Assembly (NCBI GenBank): GCA_000092065.1
Contig: CP000591.1
Length of the DNA: 64,000 nucleotides
Source: Ostreococcus lucimarinus
Lineage: Eukaryota
Reading direction: 5' to 3' (one strand)
The translations under genes were made by a program, and so were the position numbers. Under the pieces are notes generated by a model. That model was not told where the DNA came from and searched no databases. It worked only from the letters and a program-made list of their open reading frames with translations. Below, in pieces: positions 1 through 9,450 of the stretch. Position 1 is the first letter of the stretch. The number at the start of each line of letters is the position of its first letter.

Positions 1-1179
1 GCCCGCGATCGCGTCGTCGTCGGAGGAGACGTTGATGACTTCGTAACGCCAGACGACGGCGGGACCGTAGGCGGCGAAGACGTGGCGGCAGTGATCGACG
101 ACGGCGGCGGCGTGCACGACGCCAACGACGCGGAGGGGCTGGAGTTCGACGATGTTTTCGCCTGTGCGGGCGTCGTAGACGTAGACGACGCCAGAATCCG
201 TGCCGTCACCGCACGCGAGGAACTTGCCGTCGCTGGAGACGCCGAATCGGCACGCGGGACCGGTGTACTTGTGGTCGCGATACTTTTCGTTCGGCAGCGT
301 CCAACTGGCGATGGATTCGTTTCGCTTCAAATCGCACGTCTCGATTCGCCCGTCTCGCGTTTTGGCGAACAACACGTCGTCGACGATGCGCACGCATTCC
401 ACGGCGAAACGCGGCTTGAACGTGGCCAGCGGTAACGCCTTGGACTTTTGCGAGACGGCGCCCGAGAGATTCCACCTTCGCGCGACGCCGTCGGCGTGAC
501 CGGTGACGGCGAACGCGCCGTTCGCGTCGCACGCCACCGAACGCGCGTTCGTACCGACGTCAAACGTCCCTACGCACTCTCCCTCGCCGTCGGGCCCACC
601 GAAAACGTCCCAAGCCTTTAAAAATCCATCCTCGCCCACGGAGACGACGAATCCGTCTCGCGCGCACGCGCCGTCCGCGTCGACGACGCGCGATCCTGGA
701 TGCGCGTTCAATCGCCCCACCACGCGATTTTCCGCCACGCTAATCACACTTATCCACCCATGTTCATCTCCCGCGGTCACGATCGCGTCCCCGAACTCGT
801 GCCCCCCCCCCCTCGTCGTCGCCGTCTCGTTTTCCTTCTCGTCGTCCTCGCCCCGCGCGAAGCACACGCACGTAATCTCCCCCCCCGTCTGATGCGCCGT
901 CGTCTCGTGCGCGTACTGCGCCACGATCGCCGTGTGATCGCCGAAGTGCGCGTCATCGTACACCGTCACCGCGCTCCCGCCGCACGTCGCGTACAGATTC
1001 GACGTCCTCGCGCTTCCGCGCGCGAACTCCACGCGCGTCGTCCGCGCCGCGCCGTGGTTTTCGCGAATCACCGTCTTGAGTCGCAGCGCCCGGAGCGCGT
1101 CTCGCTTCGCGGCGTCGCGCGCGGCCTCGGTGAGGTCGTCGCCCTCGAGCGCCGCGCGCCGCTTCTTCAGCGAGTGCAT
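1..1179 (-). CDS. Polycomb PRC2 WD40 subunit FIE/EED/ESC-like, 3'-partial (runs off the window start with no stop). Not in the ORF track.
   Basis: I translated the reverse strand myself. It reads MHSLKKRRAALEGDD...ENHGAARTTRVEFA...NLYATCGGSAVTVYD...DAIVTAGDEHGWISVISVAENRVVGRLNAHPGS...VSVGEDGFLKAWDV. The WD-repeat pattern and block order resemble plant FIE / animal EED (PLYAVVFNF...VTAGGNRITLYN...YVAAGGVKGIIRVIDV...ITASKDESVRLWNV). The frame stays open to position 1. ATG position (about 1177-1179) was read by eye, so it may be off by a base or two. Confidence 0.55.
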   Translation of the reverse strand, partial: MHSLKKRRAALEGDDLTEAARDAAKRDALRALRLKTVIRENHGAARTTRVEFARGSARTSNLYATCGGSAVTVYDDAHFGDHTAIVAQYAHETTAHQTGGEITCVCFARGEDDEKENETATTRGGGHEFGDAIVTAGDEHGWISVISVAENRVVGRLNAHPGSRVVDADGACARDGFVVSVGEDGFLKAWDVFGGPDGEGECVGTFDVGTNARSVACDANGAFAVTGHADGVARRWNLSGAVSQKSKALPLATFKPRFAVECVRIVDDVLFAKTRDGRIETCDLKRNESIASWTLPNEKYRDHKYTGPACRFGVSSDGKFLACGDGTDSGVVYVYDARTGENIVELQPLRVVGVVHAAAVVDHCRHVFAAYGPAVVWRYEVINVSSDDDAIAG

Positions 1180-1503
1180 CGCGGGCGTCGCGCGTCGCCG
1201 TGCGCGGCGTCGCGACAGCTCGGCGATTTGAATCGATCGGCGGGGCGAAGACCCGGTCGGTGCCGTCGAGTCATGACTCGTGACGTATGCGTAAACAGTG
1301 CGGTGTATGAAAAGGGACCGAATCGCGCGGCGCGCCGCGCCGTTCGACGGCCGACGCGCCGGCGCGCGACTCGGAGACGCGCGCGCGAAGGGCCGTCGCG
1401 CGTGAATCCCGATCGCGCGCGGGCGTCGTCGAGACGCGACGCCGGGCGTCGCGAGACGAACGCGGCGACGCTCGGAAAAGGATTCGCGAAGGCGGCGATC
1501 GGC

Positions 1504-3189
1504 ATGGGCGACGGCGGCGGCGACGACGACGACGCGCGGGGACGGAAGCGCGCGCGAAAGTCGCGATGGGACACGACGGAGAGCGATGGTGGCGCGGACG
1601 CGGCGAACGCGAGCGCGAGGTTCGGGACGGGGAGCGGGGTGGTGCTGCCGGACGCGGCGGCGATTCACGCGCACCTGGCGTCCAAGGGCGTGGTGACGGC
1701 GAACGCGTTTCGAGCGCTGGAGACGGATGATCCGGAGACGGCGCGGAGGTACGCGAAATATCAAGACGTGCAGCAAAGGCTGACGATGCGGGATTTCGTG
1801 GATGAACGGCCGGAGAGCGATCGGAGTCCGTCGCCGCCGCCGAAGTATAACCGGTTCGGCGTCAAGGTGAACACGCGCGAGGCGCGGATGAAGGATAAGT
1901 TGTATCGCGAGCGCGACGAGCTCATCGAGTGGTTGATGGCGAACACGAAACCCGGGCAGTTTCAACCGCCGCACGATTGGCGGCCGAGGAAAAAGGAGAG
2001 AAAGTTGTACGTGCCAGAGGACGAGTATCCGGGGTATAACTTTATCGGGCTGATTTTGGGGCCGCGCGGGAACACGCAAAAGCGCATGGAACGAGAGACG
2101 AACACGCGCATCATGTTGCGAGGGAAAGGAAGCGTTAAACCGGGCGCGCATCGCGACCATAAGACGGATTATAAAGAGGATGAACCCCTGCACGTGGTGA
2201 TTTTAGGCGAGACGTGGGAAGGCGTGGACGCCGCGGCGGAGATGGTCGGACACATCTTGCGTCCGATCGACGAAGAGGCAAACGTGCACAAGCGCATGCA
2301 GCTTCGAGAATTGGCTTCGATCAACGGTACTTTCGTTGAGACGTTCGGGGCATGCAGATTCTGCGGCGTGCAAGGGCACGTGCAAGCGAACTGCCCCGAG
2401 TACGAAAAAGCCGTTTCCGAGGGCTATCGCGCGCCCGTGGAGCTCGTGACGTGTAAGATATGCGGTAACGGCGGGCACCCGACGCGAGATTGCCCGCTCG
2501 CCGGAAATACCGAGGCCGTGGGCGCGGCGAAGCAGGAAATGAATGAGGAGTACTCCGCATTTTTGAATGAAATTGGCGTGAGCAAGGACGACCTTCGCCA
2601 AGGCGGCGGCGCCGCGGGCGCTCCACCGATGCAACACCAGGGCGTTGGCGCACCGCAACGTGGAAACTACAACGCGCGACCGGGTGATTGGACGTGTGAA
2701 CCGTGTGGATACTCAAACTACGCATCGAGACAGTTTTGCAAACGGTGCAACGAGACGCGACCAGGCGTCGGCGGAGGCGGAGCGCCGCCGCTGCACGGGG
2801 GCGGGCATCACGGTCAACAAAACTACGGCGGCGCGCCGCCGCAATTCGGAGGTGGGTATCAACAACAAGCACCGCCGCCGCGCCGCGCGCCGCCGCCCCC
2901 GCCTCCGATCCCGGCCGGCATGCAGGTGCAAGGTGGATACGTGGTGCCCGCGGATGTGCCGCCTCCGCCTCCGGAGGACGGCTCCGCGGGCATGCCTCCG
3001 CCTCCGCCACCCGAGGATGGCTCCGCGGGCGTACCACCGCCCGCGATGGTGATGCAAGTGCCGCCACCGCCGGTGCAAAACGTCGCGGCGGTACCGGCAC
3101 CTCGAGCGGTCGCCGTTCCGCGGCCGCACGCCCCGATCGAAGAACCAGAGGAGGGCGAAGTCGGCGAGGTGCCTCCGCCGCCGCCATGA
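1504..3189 (+). CDS. SF1: Splicing factor 1 / branchpoint-binding protein
   Basis: Internal ATG (aa 269) of ORF 700..3189. The product has an RKRARKSRWD N-terminus, a KH domain (YNFIGLILGPRGNTQKRMERETNTRIMLRGKGS), two CCHC zinc knuckles (CRFCGVQGHVQANC, CKICGNGGHPTRDC), a RanBP2-type zinc finger (WTCEPCGYSNYASRQFCKRCN) and a Pro-rich C-terminus. The upstream 700..1503 part of the ORF is an Arg-rich shadow of the FIE gene. Confidence 0.85.
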   Translation: MGDGGGDDDDARGRKRARKSRWDTTESDGGADAANASARFGTGSGVVLPDAAAIHAHLASKGVVTANAFRALETDDPETARRYAKYQDVQQRLTMRDFVDERPESDRSPSPPPKYNRFGVKVNTREARMKDKLYRERDELIEWLMANTKPGQFQPPHDWRPRKKERKLYVPEDEYPGYNFIGLILGPRGNTQKRMERETNTRIMLRGKGSVKPGAHRDHKTDYKEDEPLHVVILGETWEGVDAAAEMVGHILRPIDEEANVHKRMQLRELASINGTFVETFGACRFCGVQGHVQANCPEYEKAVSEGYRAPVELVTCKICGNGGHPTRDCPLAGNTEAVGAAKQEMNEEYSAFLNEIGVSKDDLRQGGGAAGAPPMQHQGVGAPQRGNYNARPGDWTCEPCGYSNYASRQFCKRCNETRPGVGGGGAPPLHGGGHHGQQNYGGAPPQFGGGYQQQAPPPRRAPPPPPPIPAGMQVQGGYVVPADVPPPPPEDGSAGMPPPPPPEDGSAGVPPPAMVMQVPPPPVQNVAAVPAPRAVAVPRPHAPIEEPEEGEVGEVPPPPP

Positions 3190-3310
3190 ACAACCTTTAG
3201 TTTCGCCTAGTTAAGTTTGTCATTGGATTGTTTAGCGTCATGCTTGTTACATCACCCGTTCTCACACGTCTATGAGCTACATCTAAAGTGCCTAGGCCTA
3301 TCTATCTATC

Positions 3311-4455
3311 TTATCTCCCTCGCCGCATCTCGGCGTATTCGTCTTCGCTCGCGCGAAGCAGCGTTAGCATTCTCTTCGCGTTTTCGCCGCCGTCGTTGTT
3401 GACGTGCGGGAAAATGAACTTTGGGTTCATGAAGCGCACAAACTCGCGTAACTCGTTCAGGCTCGAGTGTTCGGAGTACGGCAAACCGTATTGAATCAGC
3501 CTCCCGCGCTGCCTTCGCGACGTTGCTCTCGCCGTTTTCTTCTGCGCGCTAAACGTCCAACCCGTCGGACGAAACGCGATAACGGTGTCGAATCGACTTT
3601 TATAATACTTCAAAATGGACGCCATCTTCATGAAACTCGTCGAGCCCATCGGAACGACGTGCAAGTTTGTTTTCGAGTCGTCGTGCGTCATGGCGCTTCT
3701 CTCCTCGGGATCGAGCGCTATGGCGTCCATGACGCTTCGCTTCGCCTTTCCGATGTACACCTTGCGATTCAACACCTTTGCAGCTTCTAAAAACACTTTC
3801 TCTTTTCCGATCGTGTACGTCCCGAACAAGAACAACTTGCGCGTCGAGAGCAAGTCCTCGTGCACCACGGCGTCGCGAACGGCTTTCAACACGCGCTCTT
3901 GCGTCGGAAAATCGTCGTGTTCGAGCGAACAATACGTCGTGTCGAGGATCAATATCGGCCTCGGCGCCGAAGGATCGCTCGTGATCCGCAAAAGCGTCGG
4001 ATCGTTCCGCATGCCGTCGTGAAATCTAAAATCTCCCGTGTGCAACACCGGCGACGCGTCGCGCCGATGCGGAAACTCGAAACAAATCATCGCCGCTCCC
4101 GGGCAATGATTCGCGCGCAAGAACGTCACGTCCACGCCATCCACGCGCACGACGACGCCGAACTCAACCACGCGCAACCGTTCGCGCGGCACCCCGATCT
4201 TCGTTCGCACCAACTCCGTCGTCGTCCGCGTTCCGTACACGACGCCGCGATCGAACGTTCGCGTCAACCCGCGGTGATGATCCGCGTGAAAGTGCGTCAG
4301 AAACCAGTGTTCGCACCGCGCTTCGCTCGACGCCGCGTACTCGAACCCATCGACGATGAACATCGTTCCCGGCGGCCGTATCCACGCCGGCGGTTTCGCC
4401 TTCGCCTTCGCCTTCGCCGGCGGTTTCGGTTTCGGTTTCGGTTTCGGTTTCGCCT

Positions 4456-4495
<40 letters not shown>

Positions 4496-4906
4496 GCCCG
4501 TCTCGCGCGCCGTCCCCGACGCGAACACCGGCGCGACGCGCGTCGCCTCGTCTCGCGCCTCCGATCGCGCCTCGCGCGCGATCCGAACCCGCGCGCCGAG
4601 CGTCTTCCCCCAACCGATCGCGCCCAGCGTCGTCGTCGCGTCCTTCGCGCGCAGCGCGTCCATCGTCGCTCGCGCGTCGCGCAGTCGCCCTCGAACGAGC
4701 TCGGTCGCGCCGCGCGCGCGCGCGAACGCGACGCACCGCGCGACGTCGTCGTCCATCACGGCGCGCGCGTCGACGCGATCATCGACGATTCGGCGTCGCG
4801 GAGTGCCACACGCCGACGCGCCGTTTGAAAGCGCCCGCGCGCGCTCGGCCCGCCGCGCGACGCGAAAAAACGGTCGACGAACCGACGCGATCGAGCGCGA
4901 GGGCAT
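3311..4906 (-). CDS. SNM1: DNA cross-link repair protein SNM1/PSO2 (metallo-beta-lactamase + DRMBL). The true start may be an internal ATG (4756 or 4663).
   Basis: HFHADHHRGL metallo-beta-lactamase motif, HTGDFR, and a C-terminal DRMBL-like block (KLFLFGTYTIGKEKVF...IAFRPTGWTF). The low-complexity linker is poly-Thr / (KP)n / (AK)n. The first ATG at 4906..4904 is a real ATG: the plus-strand ATG of the neighbouring gene sits at 4905..4907, so the two start codons share the tetranucleotide CATG. Confidence 0.8.
4400..4497. repeat. Coding microsatellites: (CTTCGC)3, (GGTTTC)5 and (GTC)13.
   Basis: Seen directly: gccttcgccttcgccttcgcc...ggtttcggtttcggtttcggtttcggtttc...gtcgtcgtc x13. On the minus strand this encodes TTTTTTTTTTTT-KAKPKPKPKPKPPAKAKAKAK inside SNM1. 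Confidence 0.7.
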
Positions 4907-5399
4907 GACGCCGCGCCGCGACGACGCGGCGTCGCCGAAGCGCGCGAAACGCGCGGTGGAGTGGGACGAGGCGAACCTGGCGAAAAACTTTGCCGAGCGG
5001 AGCGCGACGATGAAGATCGAGGAGATCGAGACGCCGTGGCACAGCCCGCCGAGGGAACTGTTTCATGACCTGCGCGCGGAGGACGAGGGGGAGGTGGCGC
5101 GGCGGGAGCGGGCGCACGAGGAGGTGATGCGGCGACTCGAGGCGTTGATTCGAGCGGACGCGCGAGGCGAGACGTCGACGCCGCCGACGACGAAGGATGC
5201 GGACGCGACGATGGGGGACGAGGGAAGCGAGGATGGGACGTCGAGGGTGGCGTTTCACGATCCGGACGCGAGGGACGAGGATTTCGAGGACGACGCGGAG
5301 GAGGTGGTGAAGAAGAGACTGTTCGACGCGAAGCGAAAGGCGTTTCAGTGCAAGGGACGGGCGACGGCGAGGTTTCTCGCGGACGAGGCGGGCGATTGA
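4905..5399 (+). CDS. Protein phosphatase 1 inhibitor-2 (IPP-2)-like protein
   Basis: Internal ATG (aa 184) of ORF 4356..5399. EWDEANLAKNF...MKIEEIETPWHSPP matches the IPP-2 KWDEMNIL...MKIDEPSTPYH core. Acidic tail ending FDAKRKAFQ. The upstream part of the ORF is the microsatellite read in another frame. Confidence 0.55.
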   Translation: MTPRRDDAASPKRAKRAVEWDEANLAKNFAERSATMKIEEIETPWHSPPRELFHDLRAEDEGEVARRERAHEEVMRRLEALIRADARGETSTPPTTKDADATMGDEGSEDGTSRVAFHDPDARDEDFEDDAEEVVKKRLFDAKRKAFQCKGRATARFLADEAGD

Positions 5400-5418
5400 T
5401 CGCGCGGGGCGCGAGCGT

Positions 5419-5423
5419 TGTAA
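5419..5423 (+). promoter_or_regulatory. TGTAA, candidate green-algal poly(A) signal, 20 nt after the IPP-2 stop.
   Basis: gcgttgTAATGatg lies immediately 3' of the stop at 5399. UGUAA is the polyadenylation signal described in Chlamydomonas and related green algae. Confidence 0.3.
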
Positions 5424-5450
5424 TGATGAAAATTTTACTGCTAGTAATTC

Positions 5451-8400
5451 TTAGGCGGAGGCGCGCGCGGCGAGGTCGACGAGATCGGCGTCGTCGCCGG
5501 CGCTGACGACGACGCCCGAGCCGAAGTCGGATTTGACAACCTTGTCAACGACGTCGAATAAGTGCGCGGTCGCGCTGTCGGCTTGACTCGTGAGTAATAC
5601 CGTACGCTTAGGGAGCGCGCGGAGGAGGGATGTGACTCGCGCGATGCCCTCGGCGTCGAGGTGCTGGAGAACTTCGTCGAGGACGAGGGCGTCGCACGCG
5701 ACGCCGCATCGCTCCGAGGCGAGATCGGCGTACGCCAAAGCGAGCGCCAAAGCGGCGCGTCGGCGTTCTCCGCCAGATAATTGTCGAAGCGAACGGGCGA
5801 TCAAACTGCCGTCGGGGCGACGGGCGTGGATCACGCGCTCGATGCGTTCGGCGGCGCTCGCGCTCGCGGGCGCCTTGGCCGATTTGCTCTTCGTCTTTCT
5901 CGTCGCCGTCTCGTCCGCGTCGACGTCGCTCTGCACGACGTCGTTATCGTCCCCGGTGAACGCCGCTCCCGCGGGACGAAGCTCGAGCGTCAAGGCACCG
6001 CCGGTGAGGGCGTCCATGTATTGACCCACGCGCGCGCTCAAATCTCCGAGCGCGCCTTCAAACAGATAACTCTGAATGCCCTTCGTGCTAAACGCTGTGT
6101 CTGCGGCTTGAGCGACGCCAAGGAGCTCTTTTGCGCCATTCAAGGATTCGATTCTCGCGCCGAGAGATTCGCTTTCACCCGCGAGTTGCGCGTCGAGCTC
6201 TTCGAGCGCGCTCGTGTGTGGATTTGAACGCGCCGAACGCGAGAACTCATTCAGCTCTTGCAAGCGTCGTGCCGCGTCACGCCCGGCGCGTTCGCCATCC
6301 ATGATGGCGTCTTCTGCACCTTTGACCAACTGTCGAACGAAATCCGCGTCGGCGACGTTCATTTGTTCGTCGCGAAGGAGCTGGATTTGCGGAGAGGCGT
6401 TCGACAAAGACGCAGACGACATCGATCCTCGCGTCAAGTCGGGATCGAGGCCCGCAAGCACGTTCGAGGACGCGCCGGATATACTGATCGTCGACTCGCT
6501 CATCGCAAATGCATCATCGATTGACATTGTCAGCGCTTCGTGGACGACGTCCTCGGGCGCTGAGTTTAACAACATTTCCGCCCTCGCCACCGCATTGCCG
6601 ATGAGGCTCAACGACCTCTGAGAATGTCGCAACTGATCTGTCGCGTTTGCGGAAGCTGTCGCGGTGGTTTCCGCGCGCATGCGTTCGGCTTTGCGTGCAA
6701 GCGCGGCTGCTTCGGTGAGATTGCGTCTATCATCCATTGCCTTGTTCAGAGCCGCCGTGGCGCGCTTGAGTTGCTCGATGGCGTTCCCGTGCTCAATCGC
6801 CGTCTTTCGCGCTTCATCCTTCAATTTTATGAGCGTTTCTTTGTGATGCGTCGGGTCGATGGCTTGTAAGCAACGATCGCACGTACCGACACCATCTGGA
6901 TGCGAGTGTGTGCCTCCAGCGCCCGCGAACATACCGACTGCGGCGTGACTTTGACGTCCGATGGCGCCCGCGCTCGCCTCCTTGGATTGCCACTCGCGTA
7001 CGACACCGTTAAGTCGTTCGATTTCGCCTTCGATGACGGACGTTTTGTGCTCGAACTCGGATTCTTTCACTTCAAAGCGACGTGCCGCATCATCAGAGTC
7101 ATTTCGTGACGAGTCTAGCACGCGTTCGGCGTGACTCGACGTCACTTCAAGTGCCTCGCTCGCGCGACTCAATCGTTGGAGGAAATGATTTGTCCTCGCT
7201 AAATACTTCGTGAAGGTTGTTGAAACCGCGCTCGAGCTCGTCTCAAGCTCGCTCACGCGGCGCCTGTACTCGAATTCCCACTTCTCACTCTCCACGTGCG
7301 CTTGATCGCGTCGAAGGCGCGTTCGAGCGATGTACTCTTCCCGCGCCTTGACTTCGGCGGCGATGGCGTTGACGTTTCCTCTCGCCTCGGTAACTCGCTT
7401 GCGAGAAATGTCCTTCGCCTTCGTCCACGTGTCCGCCTCGACGAGTTTACCCAGCGCCGCTTTCAACGAAGCGTCGTTCGCGTCGAGCAAAGCTCCTACA
7501 GTGTGCTGACCGTGAAACGTCGTGTTCGCGATGACGTCGGCGCCGAGATCATCGTTCAAGCCTTGCTGCGTCAGTTTTGACTCAGCCATCGTCTTTTCTT
7601 CGCCATCAATGGCGTACTTTAAGCTCACTAATTTCGTTCTGTTCACTTTACGTTCCACCCAAAACGGCGTGCCACCGTTCAAGAACCCTTCTAAGCGAAC
7701 GCGGCCGAATTTCGACGAATCGTTGACGACGTCCGACTTTGTGAGCGACTTGCCCGATCCCGCGCCGTCGATTCGCAAATCACTCTGTCCCGTAAGCGCC
7801 CACATCGGGGACATCACTAACGTCGTCTTCCCCGCACCATTAGAATCCGAACACGTGTCGGATTTGTTCTCTCCCACGACCACGCACACTCCTCTGGCGC
7901 CGAGCGGGTAACGCGTCGCCGACTGAAACGTTCCAAATCCCTCTACTTCCACCGTCTCAAAAGAAACGCTCACACCTTTCGATTGTCGGCGCGTTTCGGG
8001 CGCATCATCAGACGCGGCGACTTCTTGTAAAACTTTGCGCCCGAAAGCGCTGACGCTCGGTGCCATCTCGCTGGCGACGGCGTATGCATCGAACAGTCCC
8101 GCGGGCCCGAGCTCCTCCGCCTTTGGTATGCGCGCCGTGAGATCCTTGGTGACGTAGCACACCTCTACGATGAACCCCTGGTCCCGAGCTTTCTGCACCA
8201 CTGACGGTACGGCGTCGGAAACCGCATCCATGGCTTCGATCGGAAGCGTCCAGCGGATGATGTCTCCCGGACGCGCCGTCGGCGGCGCGCTCGCATCGAC
8301 GCCCTCGACGGCGAAATGTTTCGGCCCGATGTCCAAACTCACGCGCGCATTCGCGCCTTCGACCCACGTCTGCGAGTCAAGAACGATGAACTCTTTCTTT

Positions 8401-9359
8401 TGTCCAGCTTCAGACCGCGAGACTTCGTATGGCGACCCGACGTACGTAATGTTTGTGTTCGGAACGACGTGCGGTTTGTGATAGTGTCCCGTGTACGTGT
8501 TCGCGCCGCCGAAGAGCGCGGGGTCTAATCCATCTCGCGCTTGGAACGTCTCGTTCATGCTAGCTCCGACGACATCGGCGTGACAAAATATCGCGTTGAA
8601 CTCGCCTCGCGTGTCCTCGATCGCGCGCTTGAGTTCATCCGAGTTTCGGCGATACGGCAACCACAACGCGCCGCCGTAAAGCGTCGGCCCGTCAAAGACG
8701 ACGATGTTCGGATTAGCCTTCGCCAGCGGCGTGAGCGCGTGAGATAACCCTCCGGCGGTGACTTGATCGTGGTTCCCCGGAATCATGATCGTCGGCGCCG
8801 TCCACTTCGCGCTCGACATCAACGCCAGCGCCTCGTTGAGCGGTTCGACTGGAATCGCTCCGCGCGCGTGCCAAAAGTCTCCCAAAAATACCACTCCCGC
8901 CTCGCGTTTCAGCGCCTCTGCGTGCACGCGCTCGAGCACCCGTCGACACGTTTCCATGGTGCGTTTACTGACGTGCAAGTCACTGAACACGATCCATCGC
9001 TCGACGCTCGAGTGCGCCGGCGACAGCTCGCTCGCGCGAATCGTCGCGCCCCCACCCTCGCCGCCGACGTCCGCCACCGCGCGCGCAGGCGCCGCCCGCA
9101 CGACGCGCGGATCGATCACACGCCCGCGTCCGCCTCGCGCGGGCGTCGTCAACGCGCGCGCGCGCGCCGCACGCGCGATGGCAGTTTTCCCGCCAGAATG
9201 ATTGTTAGCGATCGATGACGACAGTTTCCTCGCGCCCTGCGTCGTCGTCATCGATGCCGCCCACGCGCGCGCGCCGAGCGTCACGAAACGCGTGTACGTA
9301 TCACTCGACGACGCGGTCGTGGACGCGAGGCGCAGCGCGTGCGTCACGCCGCGTCGCAT
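5451..9359 (-). CDS. Fusion protein: SbcD/Mre11-like metallophosphoesterase nuclease fused to an SbcC/Rad50-like SMC ATPase with a zinc hook. Start uncertain (in-frame ATGs at 9965, 9452, 9359 and 9251).
   Basis: One uninterrupted frame of 1504 codons (track ORF 5451..9965). Positions are aa indices from the 9965 ATG. Around aa 326-650 the calcineurin-like phosphoesterase motifs appear in canonical order: WIVFSDLHV, GDFWHARG, GNHDQV, GHYHKPH. The Rad50/SbcC N-lobe follows immediately with no intervening stop or Met: VEVEGFGTFQ...NGAGKTTLV (Walker A), then coiled coil, a CxxC hook (GVGTCDRCLQAIDP), more coiled coil, and a C-lobe LSGGERRRAALALALAYA signature plus DALVLDEVLQHLD. Aa 170-320 is Ser/Ala/Arg/Thr-rich and looks like a transit peptide. 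I chose 9359 (M203) because it leaves about 90 bp to the divergent neighbour. Confidence 0.75.
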   Translation of the reverse strand: MRRGVTHALRLASTTASSSDTYTRFVTLGARAWAASMTTTQGARKLSSSIANNHSGGKTAIARAARARALTTPARGGRGRVIDPRVVRAAPARAVADVGGEGGGATIRASELSPAHSSVERWIVFSDLHVSKRTMETCRRVLERVHAEALKREAGVVFLGDFWHARGAIPVEPLNEALALMSSAKWTAPTIMIPGNHDQVTAGGLSHALTPLAKANPNIVVFDGPTLYGGALWLPYRRNSDELKRAIEDTRGEFNAIFCHADVVGASMNETFQARDGLDPALFGGANTYTGHYHKPHVVPNTNITYVGSPYEVSRSEAGQKKEFIVLDSQTWVEGANARVSLDIGPKHFAVEGVDASAPPTARPGDIIRWTLPIEAMDAVSDAVPSVVQKARDQGFIVEVCYVTKDLTARIPKAEELGPAGLFDAYAVASEMAPSVSAFGRKVLQEVAASDDAPETRRQSKGVSVSFETVEVEGFGTFQSATRYPLGARGVCVVVGENKSDTCSDSNGAGKTTLVMSPMWALTGQSDLRIDGAGSGKSLTKSDVVNDSSKFGRVRLEGFLNGGTPFWVERKVNRTKLVSLKYAIDGEEKTMAESKLTQQGLNDDLGADVIANTTFHGQHTVGALLDANDASLKAALGKLVEADTWTKAKDISRKRVTEARGNVNAIAAEVKAREEYIARTRLRRDQAHVESEKWEFEYRRRVSELETSSSAVSTTFTKYLARTNHFLQRLSRASEALEVTSSHAERVLDSSRNDSDDAARRFEVKESEFEHKTSVIEGEIERLNGVVREWQSKEASAGAIGRQSHAAVGMFAGAGGTHSHPDGVGTCDRCLQAIDPTHHKETLIKLKDEARKTAIEHGNAIEQLKRATAALNKAMDDRRNLTEAAALARKAERMRAETTATASANATDQLRHSQRSLSLIGNAVARAEMLLNSAPEDVVHEALTMSIDDAFAMSESTISISGASSNVLAGLDPDLTRGSMSSASLSNASPQIQLLRDEQMNVADADFVRQLVKGAEDAIMDGERAGRDAARRLQELNEFSRSARSNPHTSALEELDAQLAGESESLGARIESLNGAKELLGVAQAADTAFSTKGIQSYLFEGALGDLSARVGQYMDALTGGALTLELRPAGAAFTGDDNDVVQSDVDADETATRKTKSKSAKAPASASAAERIERVIHARRPDGSLIARSLRQLSGGERRRAALALALAYADLASERCGVACDALVLDEVLQHLDAEGIARVTSLLRALPKRTVLLTSQADSATAHLFDVVDKVVKSDFGSGVVVSAGDDADLVDLAARASA

Positions 9360-9450
9360 TCTGATGTTGTCTTGACTTTTAAGCGTGCGGACGCGCCATC
9401 TTGCGCCGCGACGCGGCGCGGCGCGCGTCGTCGCGACCGCGCGCGCTGCC

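Noticed and set aside
700-1503. N-terminal 268 aa of track ORF 700..3189 (MRVQSPHHAIFRH...RRRRLVFLL...)
   Set aside because: Arg/Pro-rich with no motifs. It is antisense to the FIE/EED-like WD40 gene, and SF1 homology begins only at the internal ATG at 1504 (MGDGGGDDDDARGRKRARKSRWD).
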